DNA of 64,000 nucleotides. It comes from Podarcis filfolensis. Lineage: Eukaryota. Shown piece by piece: positions 62,533 through 64,000 of the stretch. Every line of letters begins with the position of its first letter. Position 1 is the first letter of the stretch. The translations under genes were made by a program, and so were the position numbers. The DNA lies in the NCBI GenBank assembly GCA_964270895.1, contig OZ185435.1. One strand, 5' to 3'. The notes beneath the pieces were generated by a model, which was not told the DNA's origin, did not search any database, and worked only from the letters and a program-made list of their open reading frames with translations.

Positions 62533-63420
62533 AAATGCATAGTGCAGCACAGACACATCACTTCTTCTGTCACAGGGCTAGTAGAGTTAATGTTTTCAAA
62601 CTTTCCATTTAATTTATGAAGTCAATAAATATTCTTTGGTCTGATGTTCTGATTAATGTAAATCACTGCATATATGTTGTGCATTTCTCAGTTCAAGTCT
62701 TCAGCCCCTTCTGAATTCAATCTAGTCGACAAAGCAATCAAATTATCAATTTCCTTGACATATTTTCCATTTCTATGAAAGTAAACAGCAACATGCATTT
62801 TTTTAGAGAAAAATACCCTGTGCAACATTCTTCCCTATACCAATTTATTTCTTAAAGCAAATAGACGAGCATCTCACAATCAGACAAATGCACATTCCTT
62901 GCACGAGAAGTTTGTGTTATAAAAATGACTGTTAACAGATGGTTGATAAATACACTAGTTCAGCAAATCTGATGGGCATATGGGGATCCCAGCGCACACA
63001 TTCAGAAGGACACTGAAGAGAACTTTTTCTGTTGTCCTCAGTGTTGCAGAATTAACTGCATACACAATGGGTATTCACGTGTGAAGCACTACAGGGCATC
63101 CAGGTAAACATAATATTCTTCCCATGTGTTCATCATGATCTGTGGAACTTTGGATCCCAGACAACCATCTCCAAATATTTACCAATTTAATAGCCTGGTT
63201 TTAAGAAGCCAGCACCACTGATGTAACTTCTTCCTGTATAAGCACGTACAACTTTTTCAGCTTAAGTCGCTGTGCATGGTAAAAACACATGAGGAAGTGG
63301 TATCAGTGGGCCTTACGGATCACAGAGTGCCTATAACTTTGCACATATTAATATCACAGGACAAAGGAGCCTAACCCTGGGGATAAAAATGCAACATATG
63401 TGTAGGTGAGAAGCCTGTCA

Positions 63421-63434
63421 GTTGCCATGGAAAC
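63421..63434. promoter_or_regulatory. RFX X-box
   Basis: GTTGCCATGGAAAC, one mismatch from the palindromic consensus GTTGCCATGGCAAC, in a transposon-free block. Confidence 0.5.
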
Positions 63435-64000
63435 ACAAATATCTCTCTACTGCAAAATGTCAGTGTTGTGGTAACGGTGAATTGGATAAAGATTTTCACA
63501 CAGAGAACATTTCCCAGAGGTGCACGAGTGCTAAAAATTTATAACTTGCCCTCTATCCTCTGAAGATTATTCAGCAATTCATTCACCAATATTGGTCAGG
63601 AAATGGAATCCTAGTACTAGTAGCTGAGAAGGGATTTTAACTCAATGCCTTCCGATGGCAAGATTCCAGGCCATGATCACACGGCAGCTGTTTTCTTCCA
63701 TAACAGGATGAATTATTGTGGGGAGAGAAGCCAGTAAAGCTCTTAGCATGAGATCAGGGTGCTCCCTGCCAACCAGGGAGCAGGCATTGACAGGCCTTGG
63801 CAATGGGCAAGTTGGCACCTGTCCCATCGGTAGCTAGTGCCAGTAGCACTCACTGTATTGAACAGTATTGGGGTGCCTCCTGTAGGGATCTGAGGAGTTA
63901 ACTGAGAGAAGGAGTATAAAAGTCATCACTGGAAAAGTGTATCACTCTTAGGTGGCAGAGTTTGTGTTTATTTTCTGGAAGTGGGAAGGAGCTGTCAAAA

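Noticed and set aside
1-64000. Known conserved miRNAs, U6/5S/7SL copies, AmnSINE1, RE1/NRSE sites and mitochondrial insertions
   Set aside because: A visual search for remembered signature sequences found none; an Rfam/Dfam scan is needed to exclude them formally.

Overview
Eukaryotic, non-coding genomic DNA from a squamate reptile, most likely a lacertid lizard (Podarcis/Lacerta-like). The assignment rests on the repeat content: a Sauria SINE with target-site duplication (TSD), a Bov-B 3' end, a Squam3-like SINE, CR1, L2 and L1 fragments, and Tc1/mariner- and hAT-type MITEs. I cannot support any protein-coding gene. The listed ORFs are chance ORFs, microsatellite artefacts or CR1/L2 ORF2 C-terminal remnants. 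The window reads as a giant intron or gene desert in which transposon-rich tracts alternate with transposon-poor, conserved-looking blocks. Highlights: (1) a well-preserved ancient LF-SINE at about 34.19-34.49 kb, a family known for exaptation; (2) two independent solo LTRs of one family, each with its own 5-bp TSD and a CTCF-like motif, one with a duplicated CCAAT/CRE/octamer module; (3) the same palindromic hAT MITE inserted twice into the same tRNA-Ala-derived SINE family; (4) a composite TIR element carrying an L2 tail between 43-bp direct repeats; (5) a CpG-enriched block at about 50.3-52.3 kb with three splice donors and a candidate 14-codon first exon. There is one 208-N assembly gap. 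All family names come from remembered consensus sequences and need Dfam/RepeatMasker confirmation. No CRISPR array, rRNA gene or intact tRNA gene was seen.
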